A DNA stretch of 64,000 bases, taken from NCBI GenBank assembly GCA_050951805.1, contig JBMNJT010000002.1, positions 1,440,001 through 1,504,000 on the forward strand, read 5' to 3'. The stretch comes from Bacillota bacterium (GTDB lineage Bacteria; Bacillota; DTU025). Positions 1 to 11,073 of this stretch are shown piece by piece. Under the pieces are notes generated by a model, which was not told the origin of the DNA, made no database searches, and saw only the letters and a list, made by a program, of their open reading frames with translations. Numbering within the stretch: position 1 is the stretch's first letter; each line of letters begins with the position of its first letter. A program made the translations under genes and the position numbers.

Positions 1-489
1 TGCCCAAGCCAGGCCTTCTACTGATTTCGTGATCTCGGACCTGATGGTGTCGCAGTCGATAGATGACAGAAGAGTCCATCTATTAACGCCCATATCATCG
101 AGAATGCGGCGAATCTGCTGTTCCTGGTGGGGATTGGCGCCAACAACCTCTATCGTCCACAGAATCGAAGACATCACATAGAGAATCGCAACGAAGAGCA
201 TCAGACCGATGAAGAGGAATTTCCTCCTGCCCAACGCTGCAATCAAGAACGGGGCTCCAACCCGCGCATCCACGGTGGCTCGGCACTGGCAATCCCGAAG
301 AATCGGATGCAGGCGCCTGTAATCATCAACGCTCACCCTGGCGGTGATCATCCCCGGACCCAGAGTGGTCACATCATACAGCCCTATGTGACGAGCCGCC
401 GCCATATTAACGAATTTCTCGATCATCCTGCCTGTGACCCTGATTATAACATATCCACGAACCCAGTCCCACAGGCCGGATGTTGCCAT
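1..489 (-). CDS. yqfD: Sporulation protein YqfD (3' end outside window)
   Basis: GGGAGGTG SD, then ATG at 489; reads MATSGLWDWVRGYVIIRVTGRMIEKFVNMAA... with a TM segment; follows yqfC. Confidence 0.85.
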   Translation of the reverse strand, partial: MATSGLWDWVRGYVIIRVTGRMIEKFVNMAAARHIGLYDVTTLGPGMITARVSVDDYRRLHPILRDCQCRATVDARVGAPFLIAALGRRKFLFIGLMLFVAILYVMSSILWTIEVVGANPHQEQQIRRILDDMGVNRWTLLSSIDCDTIRSEITKSVEGLAWA

Positions 490-490
490 C

Positions 491-805
491 TCAGGACACC
501 TCCCACCCTAGGAACTCAAGACTATCAAAGCGTCCTTCAACCACAATCCTCTCCCTGTTTATTCCTCTCAGGACCAGCTTGCGACCGACAATTGATACTT
601 GGCCGACAGTAGTCTGTATGCATAGGCGATCAGCAGAATACTCGATAAGGCCCTTGTGGTTTTCCATCACGAGCCTGGCATTGCCCTCCAAACTGAGCCG
701 AGGCAAATCGAGGGCTACGTCCTTCGGCACGCCAAGCGCGTCAGACATTCGTTCCTTTATGCGGGCCGAACGCGCTTCACGCATGTGAATACCTCCGCTA
801 TTCAC
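491..805 (-). CDS. yqfC: Sporulation protein YqfC (YabP/YqfC family)
   Basis: PKDVALDLPR...ENHKGLIEY...GRKLVL motif; adjacent to yqfD. Confidence 0.9.
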   Translation of the reverse strand: MNSGGIHMREARSARIKERMSDALGVPKDVALDLPRLSLEGNARLVMENHKGLIEYSADRLCIQTTVGQVSIVGRKLVLRGINRERIVVEGRFDSLEFLGWEVS

Positions 806-899
806 GGAGCGGCTCAGGCAAGCCGTCCCGTCCAGGTTTTCTGAGTGACTCGCAAGAAGTGCCTTCGTCTAGCACGGACGATGCAAACTTGAGAATTGC

Positions 900-2201
900 C
901 TAGAGGCCCCCACCGGTAAAACGGACGTCCAGGCCGATGTCGGATCGGCAATAACCCCCTTCAAACCCTATGCGCTCCACCGCATCGTATGCGCGCCGAC
1001 GCGACTCAGTTTGGGTAGATCCGACAGCAGTAACTCCCAACACCCTACCGCCGTCCGAGACAAGCTGTCCCTCGGAGATCCTCGTGCCTGCGTGGAAAAT
1101 TACCGTGCCTTCAGGAAGCTCGCTAGGCACTCGAACAGGCACCCCAGTGCTATAAGGACCTGGATATCCATTACTGGCCAACACTACACAGGTGGAATAG
1201 CCAGGTACAAAGTCTGCCTTCATTTCTCCGATGCGACCGTGACATGCAGCTTCCACAAGGTCAAGCAGATCACTTGCGAGAAGAGGCATAATGGCTTGGG
1301 TCTCAGGATCGCCGAACCTGCAATTGAACTCGAGCACCTTTGGCCCTTCATCCGTTATCATCAGCCCGGCAAAGAGGGCGCCCACAAATGGATCGCCCTC
1401 ATCCGCCATCTGCCTGACAGCCGGAAGCAGCACCTTATTGCTGATCCAATCGAGCATTGCCCGGTCGATGCCGGGAGCAGGCGCCACGGCGCCCATGCCC
1501 CCCGTATTCGGTCCCTCATCACCGTCAAAAGCCCGCTTGTGATCTCTGGCAGGCACGAGCGTCACGACATCTTTGCCGTCAGTTATGCCTATAACACTAG
1601 CCTCGTAGCCCTCAAGGCACTCCTCCACAAGCAGCCGACAGTTGCTTGCTTTCGCAGATTCAGCCAAAGAATCCACGGCTGCTCCCGCTTCCTCTGGGCC
1701 TGAGGCGACTATCACGCCTTTGCCGGCAGCAAGCGCATCCAGCTTCACAACTACCCTTCCAGCGTCGGATGCGATCGCAACCGCAGCCTGCCTCGCCTTG
1801 GAGATATCGTCGAAGACTCCATAGCGAGCAGTAGGTATGCCAGCCCGCTCCATCAAGCCCTTGGCATAGGCCTTTGATGATTCAATCCTGGCAGCGGACG
1901 CTGTAGGGCCAAACACTGCAATCCCCTGGGCAGCGAGCCTATCGGCAAGGCCGAGGCTTAGAGGCAGTTCAGGCCCTACTACGACCAAATGGCAATCGGC
2001 TTCCTGAGCAAATCTTGCCAGCCCCTCTACGTCAGCAACATCAATCGGGACACACTGCCCCAGCCGTTCTATGCCTGCATTGCCTGGCGTTGAGTATATG
2101 CGCCCTACTCTATCGCTTGCCGCCAGCTTCCATACTATTGCGTGTTCCCGCCCACCAGAACCAACAACCAAGATGTTGGGGCGGGTCGACAGACTTGACA
2201 T
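900..2201 (-). CDS. purD: Phosphoribosylamine-glycine ligase
   Basis: GSGGREHA, DHKR, GPNTGGMG, EFNCRFGDPETQ motifs. Confidence 0.97.
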   Translation of the reverse strand: MSSLSTRPNILVVGSGGREHAIVWKLAASDRVGRIYSTPGNAGIERLGQCVPIDVADVEGLARFAQEADCHLVVVGPELPLSLGLADRLAAQGIAVFGPTASAARIESSKAYAKGLMERAGIPTARYGVFDDISKARQAAVAIASDAGRVVVKLDALAAGKGVIVASGPEEAGAAVDSLAESAKASNCRLLVEECLEGYEASVIGITDGKDVVTLVPARDHKRAFDGDEGPNTGGMGAVAPAPGIDRAMLDWISNKVLLPAVRQMADEGDPFVGALFAGLMITDEGPKVLEFNCRFGDPETQAIMPLLASDLLDLVEAACHGRIGEMKADFVPGYSTCVVLASNGYPGPYSTGVPVRVPSELPEGTVIFHAGTRISEGQLVSDGGRVLGVTAVGSTQTESRRRAYDAVERIGFEGGYCRSDIGLDVRFTGGGL

Positions 2202-2325
2202 AGACGCACCCTCCGTTCCGAGTAGTCTTCAGATAATCTCCATAATCACGTGGTCCTTCCCGACCGTTCCTCCTAAGCAGACACCAGATATCCCCGGCAT
2301 ACGGTGCCCTACGCCGGGAAATTGC

Positions 2326-3879
2326 CTAGTGCTTGAAATGCCTGACCCCCGTAAAGACCATCGCGATATCGTTCGCATCAGCGGCCTCAATTGATTCACT
2401 GTCCCGCAAAGATCCGCCCGGCTGTATCACTGCGCGAACCCCTGCCTCGGCCGCCAGCCTTACAGTGTCTCCGAAGGGGAAGAAGCCATCGGATGCCATG
2501 ACCGAACCGCGGGCCTTCTCGCCTGCTTGCCTGATCGCTATATCTGCGGCCCCCACTCTGTTCATCTGCCCTGCGCCTACCCCAACCGTTCCGTTTCCGC
2601 GCCAGAGAACGATGGCATTGGATCGCACATGAGCAACAGTCTTCCACGCATTGACGAGCTGAGCAAGTTCTTCTTCGTTTGGGGCCCGCTTTGTAACGAC
2701 CGAAAGATCGAGCGGAACCGCCTTCGCGCTGTCCGAATTCTGGACCAGAAAACCCCCGAGAACGGGACGAATGTCCCATCCCGCACGCGGTTTCAAGTCC
2801 TCTTCCGCGATTTCGAGGAGGCGCAGGTTCTTCTTGCCATGCAGCAGCTCAACTGCCTCGGGCGAAAACTCCGGGGCGATTATGACTTCGAGGAATATCT
2901 CTGACATCAGCTTCGCCTCTTCGATGCCCACACTTCGGTTGAAAGCCACGATCCCACCAAACGCCGACACCGGATCGCAATCAAGAGCTGCCTTGTAGGC
3001 TTCCAGAGGAGTCTTTCCTACCCCTACCCCACACGGATTGGCGTGCTTAACGATGACCACAGCCGGCTCATCATACTCGCTCACAACACCTATGGCACCT
3101 GTGGCGTCTGCAAGGTTGTTAAATGACAGTTCTTTCCCGCCAAGCTGTTTTGCAGCTGCCAAGCCCCACGGCGCGCCACCGGAAAACTTGTAAAACGCTG
3201 CTGCCTGATGCGGGTTTTCTCCATATCTCAGAGCCTGCGCCTTGGTGCCCCCGATCACCCAGTGGTCTCCGAGGGATTTCCCTTCGTCCTCTGCTTTCTC
3301 TGTCTGTTCCGCAAAGTAATTTGCTATGGCTGCATCGTAGGCCGCGGTGTGGAGGAAGGCCTCTGCCGCCAAGGCCGCCCTGGTGGCCCTGGAGACTTCG
3401 CCGTGCTCACGCAGTTCCGAGATTATCTCGGGATACCGTCTAGGATTTACCACAACAGTTACTCTCTCGAAGTTCTTGGCAGCCGCGCGTGCCATCGAAG
3501 GCCCGCCTATATCTATGTTCTCGCAAGCCTCCTCCATCTCAGCGCCGCCTTCGACCGTCCGCTCAAATGGATAGAGATTGACTACGACTATGTCTATGGG
3601 AGTCACATCAAGCCTGTTCAAGGCGTCAAGATGCTCGCGGGTGGGCTTTGCAAGAATCCCTGCATGAATTCTTGGATGAAGAGTCTTGACACGCCCGTCA
3701 AGGACCTCCGGAAACCCCGTGATTTCTGAGACATCCCTCACATCCACCCCGGCCTTGCGGAGCAGCGCGGCAGTGCCCCCGGTAGAGATTATCTCGAACC
3801 CCAGCTCTGCCAGGCTCCTAGCAAACTCTTCAATTCCTTCCTTGTCGTAAACGCTTATCAACGCCCGGCCCCTCGCCAC
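2326..3879 (-). CDS. purH: Bifunctional AICAR formyltransferase/IMP cyclohydrolase
   Basis: GRVKTLHP, IDIGGP, LRYGENPHQ, ASDGFFPF, C-terminal RHFKH. Confidence 0.98.
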   Translation of the reverse strand: MARGRALISVYDKEGIEEFARSLAELGFEIISTGGTAALLRKAGVDVRDVSEITGFPEVLDGRVKTLHPRIHAGILAKPTREHLDALNRLDVTPIDIVVVNLYPFERTVEGGAEMEEACENIDIGGPSMARAAAKNFERVTVVVNPRRYPEIISELREHGEVSRATRAALAAEAFLHTAAYDAAIANYFAEQTEKAEDEGKSLGDHWVIGGTKAQALRYGENPHQAAAFYKFSGGAPWGLAAAKQLGGKELSFNNLADATGAIGVVSEYDEPAVVIVKHANPCGVGVGKTPLEAYKAALDCDPVSAFGGIVAFNRSVGIEEAKLMSEIFLEVIIAPEFSPEAVELLHGKKNLRLLEIAEEDLKPRAGWDIRPVLGGFLVQNSDSAKAVPLDLSVVTKRAPNEEELAQLVNAWKTVAHVRSNAIVLWRGNGTVGVGAGQMNRVGAADIAIRQAGEKARGSVMASDGFFPFGDTVRLAAEAGVRAVIQPGGSLRDSESIEAADANDIAMVFTGVRHFKH

Positions 3880-3909
3880 CGGACATCTCTCCTTTCTTGC
3901 GCCCTGACG

Positions 3910-4473
3910 CTATTTGCATCCAAGGCGTCTGATGACATCGACCAGTAGGTCATGTTCCTGCTCGAGTATCCTCGCTGAAAGCCTCTCCACATCGTCACCG
4001 GCCAATACCGGCACCACTCTCTGATCGATGATCGGTCCTGAATCCACCCCGTAATTGACGAAATGGACTGTACAGCCTGTGTAGCGCACGCCGGCCTCCA
4101 AAGCCTGACGCTGAGCCTCAAGGCCCGGAAATGACGGCAACAATGACGGGTGGATGTTGATCACCCTGCCCAAAAACCTGTCTAGGAAGACGGGTCCGAG
4201 CACTCTCATGAAGCCTGCAAGGACTACCAGGTCAGGTCGGGCGGCCTCTGCACATGCTGCCAAGGCCGCCTCAAAATCCGCCCGCGACGAATGATCTCGC
4301 CTCTCAATGCAGAACCCGGGAACATGCGCCTTCTCGGCGCGCTTCAGGGCATATGCGTCTGGCGAGTCGGAGATCACAGCCGCTACCTCCGCATCCAGCC
4401 TTCCCCCCTCGATCGCATCGAAGATGGCCTGGAGGTTGGAGCCCCTCCCCGAAACCAACACGACCAAGCGCAA
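3910..4473 (-). CDS. purN: Phosphoribosylglycinamide formyltransferase
   Basis: SGRGSNL, LAGFMR, NIHPSLLP, GCTVH, DSGPI motifs. Confidence 0.97.
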   Translation of the reverse strand: MRLVVLVSGRGSNLQAIFDAIEGGRLDAEVAAVISDSPDAYALKRAEKAHVPGFCIERRDHSSRADFEAALAACAEAARPDLVVLAGFMRVLGPVFLDRFLGRVINIHPSLLPSFPGLEAQRQALEAGVRYTGCTVHFVNYGVDSGPIIDQRVVPVLAGDDVERLSARILEQEHDLLVDVIRRLGCK

Positions 4474-4476
4474 TTC

Positions 4477-6954
4477 TTACACCCCCTGAAATTCCACTCG
4501 CCCGTCTCCGGGAATTATCTCCCCTATAATCCGGGCATCCTCGCCCTGATCCACAAGGATGTTGACTGCTTCCCGCGCTTTTTCGGGACGCACTACCACT
4601 AGAAATCCGATCCCCATATTGAAAACCCTAAACATCTCGTCCGCCGCGACCCCTGCCGTCCGGCTTATGACATCGAATATCGGAGGCCGACGCCACGTGT
4701 CGACCGACAGCGCCATTGAGGCTCCGTGAGGCAGAATCCTAGGTGGATTCTGAACAAGCCCGCCTCCGGTTATATGGGACATGCCAAGCACCTCCACACG
4801 CTCGATCAAAGCAAGTACAGGCCTGACATATATCCTGGTGGGCTCGAGCATCTCATCGCCTAGCGGACGGTCCATACCTTCCGGGATATCGGAAAGAAGG
4901 AAGCCTCCTACTTCGCATAAGGCCTTGCGCGCGAGAGAATACCCGTTGGAGTGGAGTCCCGACGAAGCCAAACCGATCACTCTGTCCCCAGGACGAATCT
5001 TCGACCCGTCGATTATTCGTCCGCGGTCCACAGCGCCAACGGCAAACCCGGCTATGTCGTATTCTCCATCCGGGTAGAATCCCGGCATCTCGGCCGTCTC
5101 GCCGCCTATGAGGGCGCATCCCGCCTGCCTGCAGCCTTCAGCAACCCCCCCGACAATTTCGGCTATCTGCCCCGCATCCAGCCTTCCACAGCCGATGTAG
5201 TCGAGGAAGAACAGGGGGCTAGCCCCCGACACCAGAACATCGTTGACACACATCGCCACCGCATCGATGCCAATGGTGTCATGGCGGTCAGCTGCGAAGG
5301 CGATCTTTAGCTTCGTTCCCACCCCGTCGGTGCCAGAAACCAGAACAGGCTCCTTCATACCTGCAAAATCAGGTTTGAAGAGGCCTCCAAAACCTCCGAT
5401 ATCCCCGATGACCCCAGGGGTGAACGTGCTCTTCACTGCGGGCTTCATGAGCTGCACCGCCCGCTCTCCCTCATCGATATCGACACCTGAATCAGCATAC
5501 GACAAGCTCTTTGGGGGCCTGCATTTCCCATGACAGGAGATGGCGTCGGGATATCGCCCATCCAGGCACGCGGTACAGAATTCCAACGGCTCACCAGTAT
5601 CGCGCGCCGACGCCAGGCCACCAATGGCTTCCAGCATTCCATCGATGGACAGATAATGCAGCGCATCGGCGCCTATCATCTCGCGGATCTCATCTTCACT
5701 CTTAACAGCAGCCACAAGATCCCGCCTGCTCGCCGTGTCAATCCCATACGTGCACGGGAACTTGACGGGCGGTGACGAGACCGCCATGTCTACCCGCGTA
5801 GCGCCGGCTTTCCGCATCAAGTCGACAAGGCGTGCTCCGGTAGTGCCCCGCACTATCGAGTCATCCACCAACACCACGCGCTTCCCAGCGCACGATCTTT
5901 CCACCGCGTTCAGCTTGAGCCTCACGCCCAACTCCCGTTCCATCTGGGAGTTCCTGATGAAGGTTCGCCCCATATAGCGGTTCTTCGTAAGTCCTTGGCG
6001 GTACGGGATTCCGCTCTCATCCGAATATCCCAGTGCCGCAGTGACGCCTGACTCTGGAACTGCAACGACGACATCGGCATCGAACCGGGCTTCCCGGGCC
6101 AACATGGCGCCAAAGGCCTCGCGGGCTGCGGCAACGCCAATACCTTCAATGATGGAATCAGGTCGGGCGAAGTAGATGTACTCAAATATGCAGGTGGCAG
6201 AGGGACAGCTCCTCCTAGAGGCTCGAGTGGCGATACGTTTCATTCCGTCATGTGAGATGACTACGATCTCCCCTCTACCGACATCGCGCTTCTCGGTTAT
6301 CCCAACGGCATCGAGAGCACACGACTCGGAAGACACAGCCCATCCTGCAGGGCCTGACCCTGCAATCAACGGCCTGAACCCATAGGGATCGCGGACCGCA
6401 TATATGGTGTCATCGACCATCACGACGAAGGAGTAGGCCCCTTCCAATTCCTCCATAGCACGTTCGATCGCGCCCACCATGCCCAGGGAAAAGTAGCGGG
6501 CTATCAAGGAACCTATCACTTCCGAATCAGATTCGCTTTGAAAGACCACACCCAACCTTCCCAGCCTCTCCCGCAATACACGCCCGTTGGTGAGGCTTCC
6601 GTTATGGGCAACAGCCATCATCCCGCCTCCGTGACGAAAGACAAAGGGCTGCGCGCCTGAGACGTCGTTGTCCTGGCACACGCCATGCCTCACATGGCCT
6701 ATGCCCGTCTTTCCTGGAAGCCTCTTGAACGCGTCGCCTTCGAAAACCTCTGTGGCAAGGCCAGCTCCTTTCACAACCCGGATACGGGATCCATCGTACA
6801 CGGCAATCCCTGCACTCTCCTGCCCCCTGTGCTGAAGGGAAACGAGTCCATAGTAGACTGCAACCGCGGCATCTTCACGAAAACAGGCACCAAATACGCC
6901 GCATTCTTCCTTCAGTTTGTCCGCTTCCTGCGCTCTCAGCGCTCCATGGCGCAC
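4477..6954 (-). CDS. purF-purM: Fused amidophosphoribosyltransferase (PurF) / AIR synthetase (PurM)
   Basis: Single 825-aa ORF. PurF part: EE/CGVFG, QHRGQE, VDDSIVRGTT, FCTAC. PurM part: YADSGVDI, GGFGG, DGVGTK, GGETAEMP, HSNGYS, HITGGG, FNMGIG. Confidence 0.93.
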   Translation of the reverse strand: MRHGALRAQEADKLKEECGVFGACFREDAAVAVYYGLVSLQHRGQESAGIAVYDGSRIRVVKGAGLATEVFEGDAFKRLPGKTGIGHVRHGVCQDNDVSGAQPFVFRHGGGMMAVAHNGSLTNGRVLRERLGRLGVVFQSESDSEVIGSLIARYFSLGMVGAIERAMEELEGAYSFVVMVDDTIYAVRDPYGFRPLIAGSGPAGWAVSSESCALDAVGITEKRDVGRGEIVVISHDGMKRIATRASRRSCPSATCIFEYIYFARPDSIIEGIGVAAAREAFGAMLAREARFDADVVVAVPESGVTAALGYSDESGIPYRQGLTKNRYMGRTFIRNSQMERELGVRLKLNAVERSCAGKRVVLVDDSIVRGTTGARLVDLMRKAGATRVDMAVSSPPVKFPCTYGIDTASRRDLVAAVKSEDEIREMIGADALHYLSIDGMLEAIGGLASARDTGEPLEFCTACLDGRYPDAISCHGKCRPPKSLSYADSGVDIDEGERAVQLMKPAVKSTFTPGVIGDIGGFGGLFKPDFAGMKEPVLVSGTDGVGTKLKIAFAADRHDTIGIDAVAMCVNDVLVSGASPLFFLDYIGCGRLDAGQIAEIVGGVAEGCRQAGCALIGGETAEMPGFYPDGEYDIAGFAVGAVDRGRIIDGSKIRPGDRVIGLASSGLHSNGYSLARKALCEVGGFLLSDIPEGMDRPLGDEMLEPTRIYVRPVLALIERVEVLGMSHITGGGLVQNPPRILPHGASMALSVDTWRRPPIFDVISRTAGVAADEMFRVFNMGIGFLVVVRPEKAREAVNILVDQGEDARIIGEIIPGDGRVEFQGV

Positions 6955-9203
6955 GGTATCGCCTCCTCGTAAACCTGGGCCAATTTGGCGACGGGCAGAG
7001 CGATGACAACTTCCGCCTCCTGGGCCCGCCGGTCATCGCCTTGCACAGGAACACAAGCAGATTCAACGCACGTGATATCCAGAGACTCACCGCCCACCTC
7101 GCCTATGGCTTTCGCGGCAACGCCCATCTCGTCCGCCAGGTCGAGCAGGGCCCCCAGATCGCTCTCATCCACACTGATAATGGCTCTTCCAGCGCTTTCA
7201 CTGAATAGGAACCTATCGGGAGCAATGTTCGCCTCCAGCCTCACCCTAGCGCCACAAGACCCTGCGATGCAGCATTCGGCCAGGGCAACCCCTAGGCCGC
7301 CATCTGAAAGATCATGGGCAGACCTGGTAATCCCCCTGTCCGCCGCCGCCAGAAGGAGCTCACACAGACGCCTCTCGACGTCAAGATCAAGTTCAGGCAC
7401 TTGACCAGCCTCTACTCCGTGGACCGTTGCAAGATACTCCGACGCTCCTATCTCGTCGCGCGTCGTTCCCAGGAGAACAATCACGTCCCCTTCTTGGCTA
7501 AATCCCATTGCTACGCAATCCTCGACATCATCAATGACGCCTACCATGCCCACAACAGGAGTGGGACGTATCGCCATTTCGCCGTCTTCGTTATAGAAAC
7601 TCACGTTGCCCCCGGTAATCGGCGTATTCAGAGCGATGCATGCCTCCGCCATCCCCTCAATGCCCTCTTTGAACTGCCAGAAAACTTCGGGCTTATACGG
7701 GTTGCCGTAGTTCTGGCAGTTAGTTGCAGCCAGTGGACGGGCCCCGGTACAGGCCAAGTTCCGAGCAGCCTCGGCAACTGCGTGGGCAGCGCCGAGACGA
7801 GGATTGACATAACAGTATCTGGAGTTGCAGTCGCAGGTGAGAGCTATGCCTCGGGACGTGCCGGGAAGACGCACTACTGCGGCATCCGATCCGGGCCCGA
7901 CTACTGTACCAGCGCCAACCTGCTGGTCATACTGCCTGTAAACCCATTTCTTGCTCGCCAAATTTGGTGAGCCCAGAAGCTGAAGCAGAGCTCCGCCCAG
8001 ATCCTTCGGGGCCTCCAAAGCGCCGACATCATACAATGCCACTTCATCGAGGTACTTGGGGCGCACGGACTCCCTATGGTACAGCGGTGCGTTTTCAGCG
8101 AGCGCCTTGGCGGGAACCTGCGCTACTATCTCTCCGCCTTCCAAGAGAGTTATGAATCCATCATCCGTTACCTTGCCTATCTCCTCAGCCAGCAGGTCCC
8201 ACTTCTCCAGCACGTTCTTGACTTCGTCTTCTTTGCCCGGCACAGGCACTAAGAGCATGCGTTCCTGAGACTCGGAAAGCATCACTTCGTATGGAGTCAT
8301 CCCATCTTCGCGGCGCGGGACTTTATCGATATCGATGACCATACCCACATTGCCTCGCGCGGCCATTTCACACGAGGAACATGTAAGTCCTGCCGCCCCC
8401 ATGTCTTGGATTCCCAGGACACAGCCGCGGGCAACCAACTCCAGGCATGCCTCGAGAAGGAGCTTCTCCCTGAACGGGTCGCCTACTTGGACCGCCGACT
8501 TCTTTTCCACGGCCTCTTCAGTTAGGTCGGCAGATGCGAAGGTAGCTCCGTGAATCCCATCTCGGCCCGTGGTAGATCCGATTAGCATCACCGAGTTGCC
8601 CACACCGCTGGCCGCGCTCCGCTTTATCTCATCCTGTCTCATCACGCCGACGCACATGGCGTTGACAAGGGGATTATTCTCGTAGGACTGATGGAATACT
8701 GTCTGCCCGCCCACTGTGGGAACCCCTACGGCATTTCCATACCCGGATATGCCCGAAACGATGCCATCGAAAAGCATGCGAGACTTATTAGACTGCAGAT
8801 CGCCGAGCCACAGCGAGTTGAGGGAGGCTATCGGCCTAGCCCCCATGGTGAATATGTCCCTTATTATACCCCCCACCCCGGTAGCAGCCCCTTCGTAGGG
8901 TTCCACCGCGGACGGATGATTGTGGCTTTCGATCTTAAAGGCTACAGCGAGTCCATCACCTACATCGACTATACCCGCATTTTCCCCTGGACCCTGAAGG
9001 ACTTGGGGGCCTGAAGTAGGAAGGCCCTTCAATACGGCCCTGGAATTCTTGTAGGAGCAGTGTTCAGACCACATTACGGAGAACATTCCCAACTCCACAT
9101 AATTAGGTTCTCTTCCCAAGAGATCCTGAATCATCTGATACTCCTCATCCGACAAACCCATCGATCGCCAAATAGACTCTTTAACGCTATCCGTCTTGGC
9201 CAA
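6936..9203 (-). CDS. purL: FGAM synthase subunit PurL
   Basis: [36 protein letters not shown]. Confidence 0.98.
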   Translation of the reverse strand: MAKTDSVKESIWRSMGLSDEEYQMIQDLLGREPNYVELGMFSVMWSEHCSYKNSRAVLKGLPTSGPQVLQGPGENAGIVDVGDGLAVAFKIESHNHPSAVEPYEGAATGVGGIIRDIFTMGARPIASLNSLWLGDLQSNKSRMLFDGIVSGISGYGNAVGVPTVGGQTVFHQSYENNPLVNAMCVGVMRQDEIKRSAASGVGNSVMLIGSTTGRDGIHGATFASADLTEEAVEKKSAVQVGDPFREKLLLEACLELVARGCVLGIQDMGAAGLTCSSCEMAARGNVGMVIDIDKVPRREDGMTPYEVMLSESQERMLLVPVPGKEDEVKNVLEKWDLLAEEIGKVTDDGFITLLEGGEIVAQVPAKALAENAPLYHRESVRPKYLDEVALYDVGALEAPKDLGGALLQLLGSPNLASKKWVYRQYDQQVGAGTVVGPGSDAAVVRLPGTSRGIALTCDCNSRYCYVNPRLGAAHAVAEAARNLACTGARPLAATNCQNYGNPYKPEVFWQFKEGIEGMAEACIALNTPITGGNVSFYNEDGEMAIRPTPVVGMVGVIDDVEDCVAMGFSQEGDVIVLLGTTRDEIGASEYLATVHGVEAGQVPELDLDVERRLCELLLAAADRGITRSAHDLSDGGLGVALAECCIAGSCGARVRLEANIAPDRFLFSESAGRAIISVDESDLGALLDLADEMGVAAKAIGEVGGESLDITCVESACVPVQGDDRRAQEAEVVIALPVAKLAQVYEEAIPCAMER

Positions 9204-9900
9204 CCCTTACACCCCCACGCACCCATTCTGCGACTGACTCGAATATCCGCCTGCCATCAGTCCCGCCCAAGATCGCCTCGCATGCCCTCTCAGGATGAGG
9301 CATCATTCCCACTACGTTTCCAGCCTCGTTGCTCACTCCGGCTATGTTGTTGAGGCTTCCGTTAGGATTAGCCTCAGGAGTGGCATCGCCCAGCTCATTG
9401 CAGTATCTGAAGACGACCTGTCCACGTTCTTCAAGCTCAGCAAGGGTTTGAGGATCGGCGTAGTAATTGCCGTCGGCATGGGCTATGGGCAGTGTCAGCA
9501 CGTCGCCCTCTCTACAGCCCAATGTGAATGGAGTCCTAGTCGACTCGATGCGGACCCTTACACGATCACAGATGAACCTAGTTCCCACATTTCTCTGCAT
9601 GGCACCAGGCAACAATCCTGCCTCGAGGAGAATCTGAAAACCATTGCATATTCCGATCACCGGCCTCCCATCGCGTGCATATTCCACCACCGAATCCATG
9701 ACCGGCGAGAAACGCGCGATTGCGCCCGGTCGCAGATAATCTCCGTATGAGTAACCCCCGGGGAGCACCAGGCAATCGTATCCTGCCACCGACGTGTCTC
9801 GATGCCAGATGAATTCGGCATCAAAGCCCACAGCCTCGATTGCGTTTCGGCAATCCCGGTCGCAGTTGGAGCCTGGGAACACTATGACTCCGAACTTCAT
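9187..9900 (-). CDS. purQ: FGAM synthase glutaminase subunit PurQ
   Basis: FPGSNCD, GICNGFQ, MPHPER (Cys-His-Glu triad). Confidence 0.97.
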   Translation of the reverse strand: MKFGVIVFPGSNCDRDCRNAIEAVGFDAEFIWHRDTSVAGYDCLVLPGGYSYGDYLRPGAIARFSPVMDSVVEYARDGRPVIGICNGFQILLEAGLLPGAMQRNVGTRFICDRVRVRIESTRTPFTLGCREGDVLTLPIAHADGNYYADPQTLAELEERGQVVFRYCNELGDATPEANPNGSLNNIAGVSNEAGNVVGMMPHPERACEAILGGTDGRRIFESVAEWVRGGVRVGQDG

Positions 9901-10157
9901 TTCCCAGACTCCTCCTTGATCTCATATTCGTACGTCTCCATCGTAGGGTTCGCCAGGATCTGCGAACAGATCTCGTCCATAATCCGCCTGCATTCGGCCT
10001 CATTTGCAGCCTCAAGGTCAACGCGGATTCTCTTTCCAATTCGCACTTTCTGCACTCCACCATAACCCATTTGAACTAGAGCAGACCTTACAGCCTCTCC
10101 CTGCGGGTCGAGTATAGACTGTTTGAGCTGAACATCAACGTAAGCCACGTACTTCAC
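9897..10157 (-). CDS. purS: FGAM synthase subunit PurS
   Basis: LDPQG...RIGK...LANP motifs; start taken as GTG at 10157 after GGAGGTG. Confidence 0.93.
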   Translation of the reverse strand: MKYVAYVDVQLKQSILDPQGEAVRSALVQMGYGGVQKVRIGKRIRVDLEAANEAECRRIMDEICSQILANPTMETYEYEIKEESGK

Positions 10158-10262
10158 TCCATGCACCTCCAAAACGACTTTTGTTTGCGCATCATCTTCA
10201 TGCTTCGGTCTAAGTGATTTGGCCATCTGAGCCCTGCACTATCCCTGCCGCGCACAGAGAAT

Positions 10263-10850
10263 TCACTCCGCCCCGTCCTGTGGGGCTTGGGCTTTGGCAT
10301 CAGCCAGTCTGACCTTGTGTGCCAAAGCTTCCCTGTGCTCCAGCAAGCGCTTGCGAAGCTCTCCGTCCGAAACGGCGAGAATCTCTGCCGCGAGAAGCGC
10401 GGCGTTGGCGGCTCCGTCAATTGCCACAGTCGCAACGGGCACACCTGACGGCATCATCACCGTCGAACAGAGCGCATCAAAGCCTCCCAGGGCACCCCCT
10501 GACAGCGGCACTCCTATTACTGGCAGCACAGTATGAGAGGCAATCACTCCCGCCAGGTGTGCAGCCATTCCGGCTCCGGCAATCAGCACAGAGAGTCCTC
10601 GTTCCTCGGCACTCTTGGCATATTCTGCCGCGTCATCAGGCGTCCTATGAGCCGATATCACTCTCATCTCCCACTCTATGTCGAGAGCGGAAAGGACTTC
10701 GGTTGCCTTCAACATTCTGCCCATGTCAGAATCGCTGCCCATGATCACACCGACTCGGGGCCGTGCACAAGTCGCCCCCGGCTCCTTTCCACTGCGTGAA
10801 ATGGCTTGTCCAAGTGATCGGTGGGACACCTCACTACCCATCATTGCCAT
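10263..10850 (-). CDS. purE: N5-CAIR mutase / AIR carboxylase PurE
   Basis: MGSDSD, SAHRTP, AGMAAHL, PVIGVP, MPSGVPVATV. Confidence 0.96.
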   Translation of the reverse strand: MAMMGSEVSHRSLGQAISRSGKEPGATCARPRVGVIMGSDSDMGRMLKATEVLSALDIEWEMRVISAHRTPDDAAEYAKSAEERGLSVLIAGAGMAAHLAGVIASHTVLPVIGVPLSGGALGGFDALCSTVMMPSGVPVATVAIDGAANAALLAAEILAVSDGELRKRLLEHREALAHKVRLADAKAQAPQDGAE

Positions 10851-10887
10851 CCCTTACCACAACCTCCACCTTCATTGTCGTATTCTC

Positions 10888-10941
10888 AAAAAGTTCAGCC
10901 CCGGCGTTAGGTTATGATAACGAAACCTAACCGCCGGGGCT
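10888..10941 (-). terminator. Intrinsic terminator of the riboswitch expression platform upstream of purE
   Basis: AGCCCCGGCG(G)TTAGGTT / AACCTAACGCCGGGGCT inverted repeat followed by a T-run; overlaps the aptamer 3' end. Confidence 0.8.
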
Positions 10942-11040
10942 TTTATCCCTCAAGGTGTAGCGCCACTCAGGACGCCTGCGCCGCTCGGACCAGGCCCTCC
11001 GCAAAAAAGAGCAGAGGCGGAACCCTAGGCGCACTTTCGC
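10921..11040 (-). ncRNA. ykkC-family riboswitch, PRPP-sensing type (subtype 2b)
   Basis: GAAAGTG..CCTAGGGTTCCG...GGTCCGAGCGG...ACACCTTGAGGGATAAAAGCCC..GG.TAGGTTTC; upstream of de novo purine genes. Confidence 0.88.
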
Positions 11041-11073
11041 AAAAGAGCGTATTCAATTCATCTCTACACTAAT

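Noticed and set aside
2236-2321. Hairpin and 6-codon mini-ORF between purH and purD
   Set aside because: Consistent with an ordinary intercistronic stem-loop; no evidence of translation
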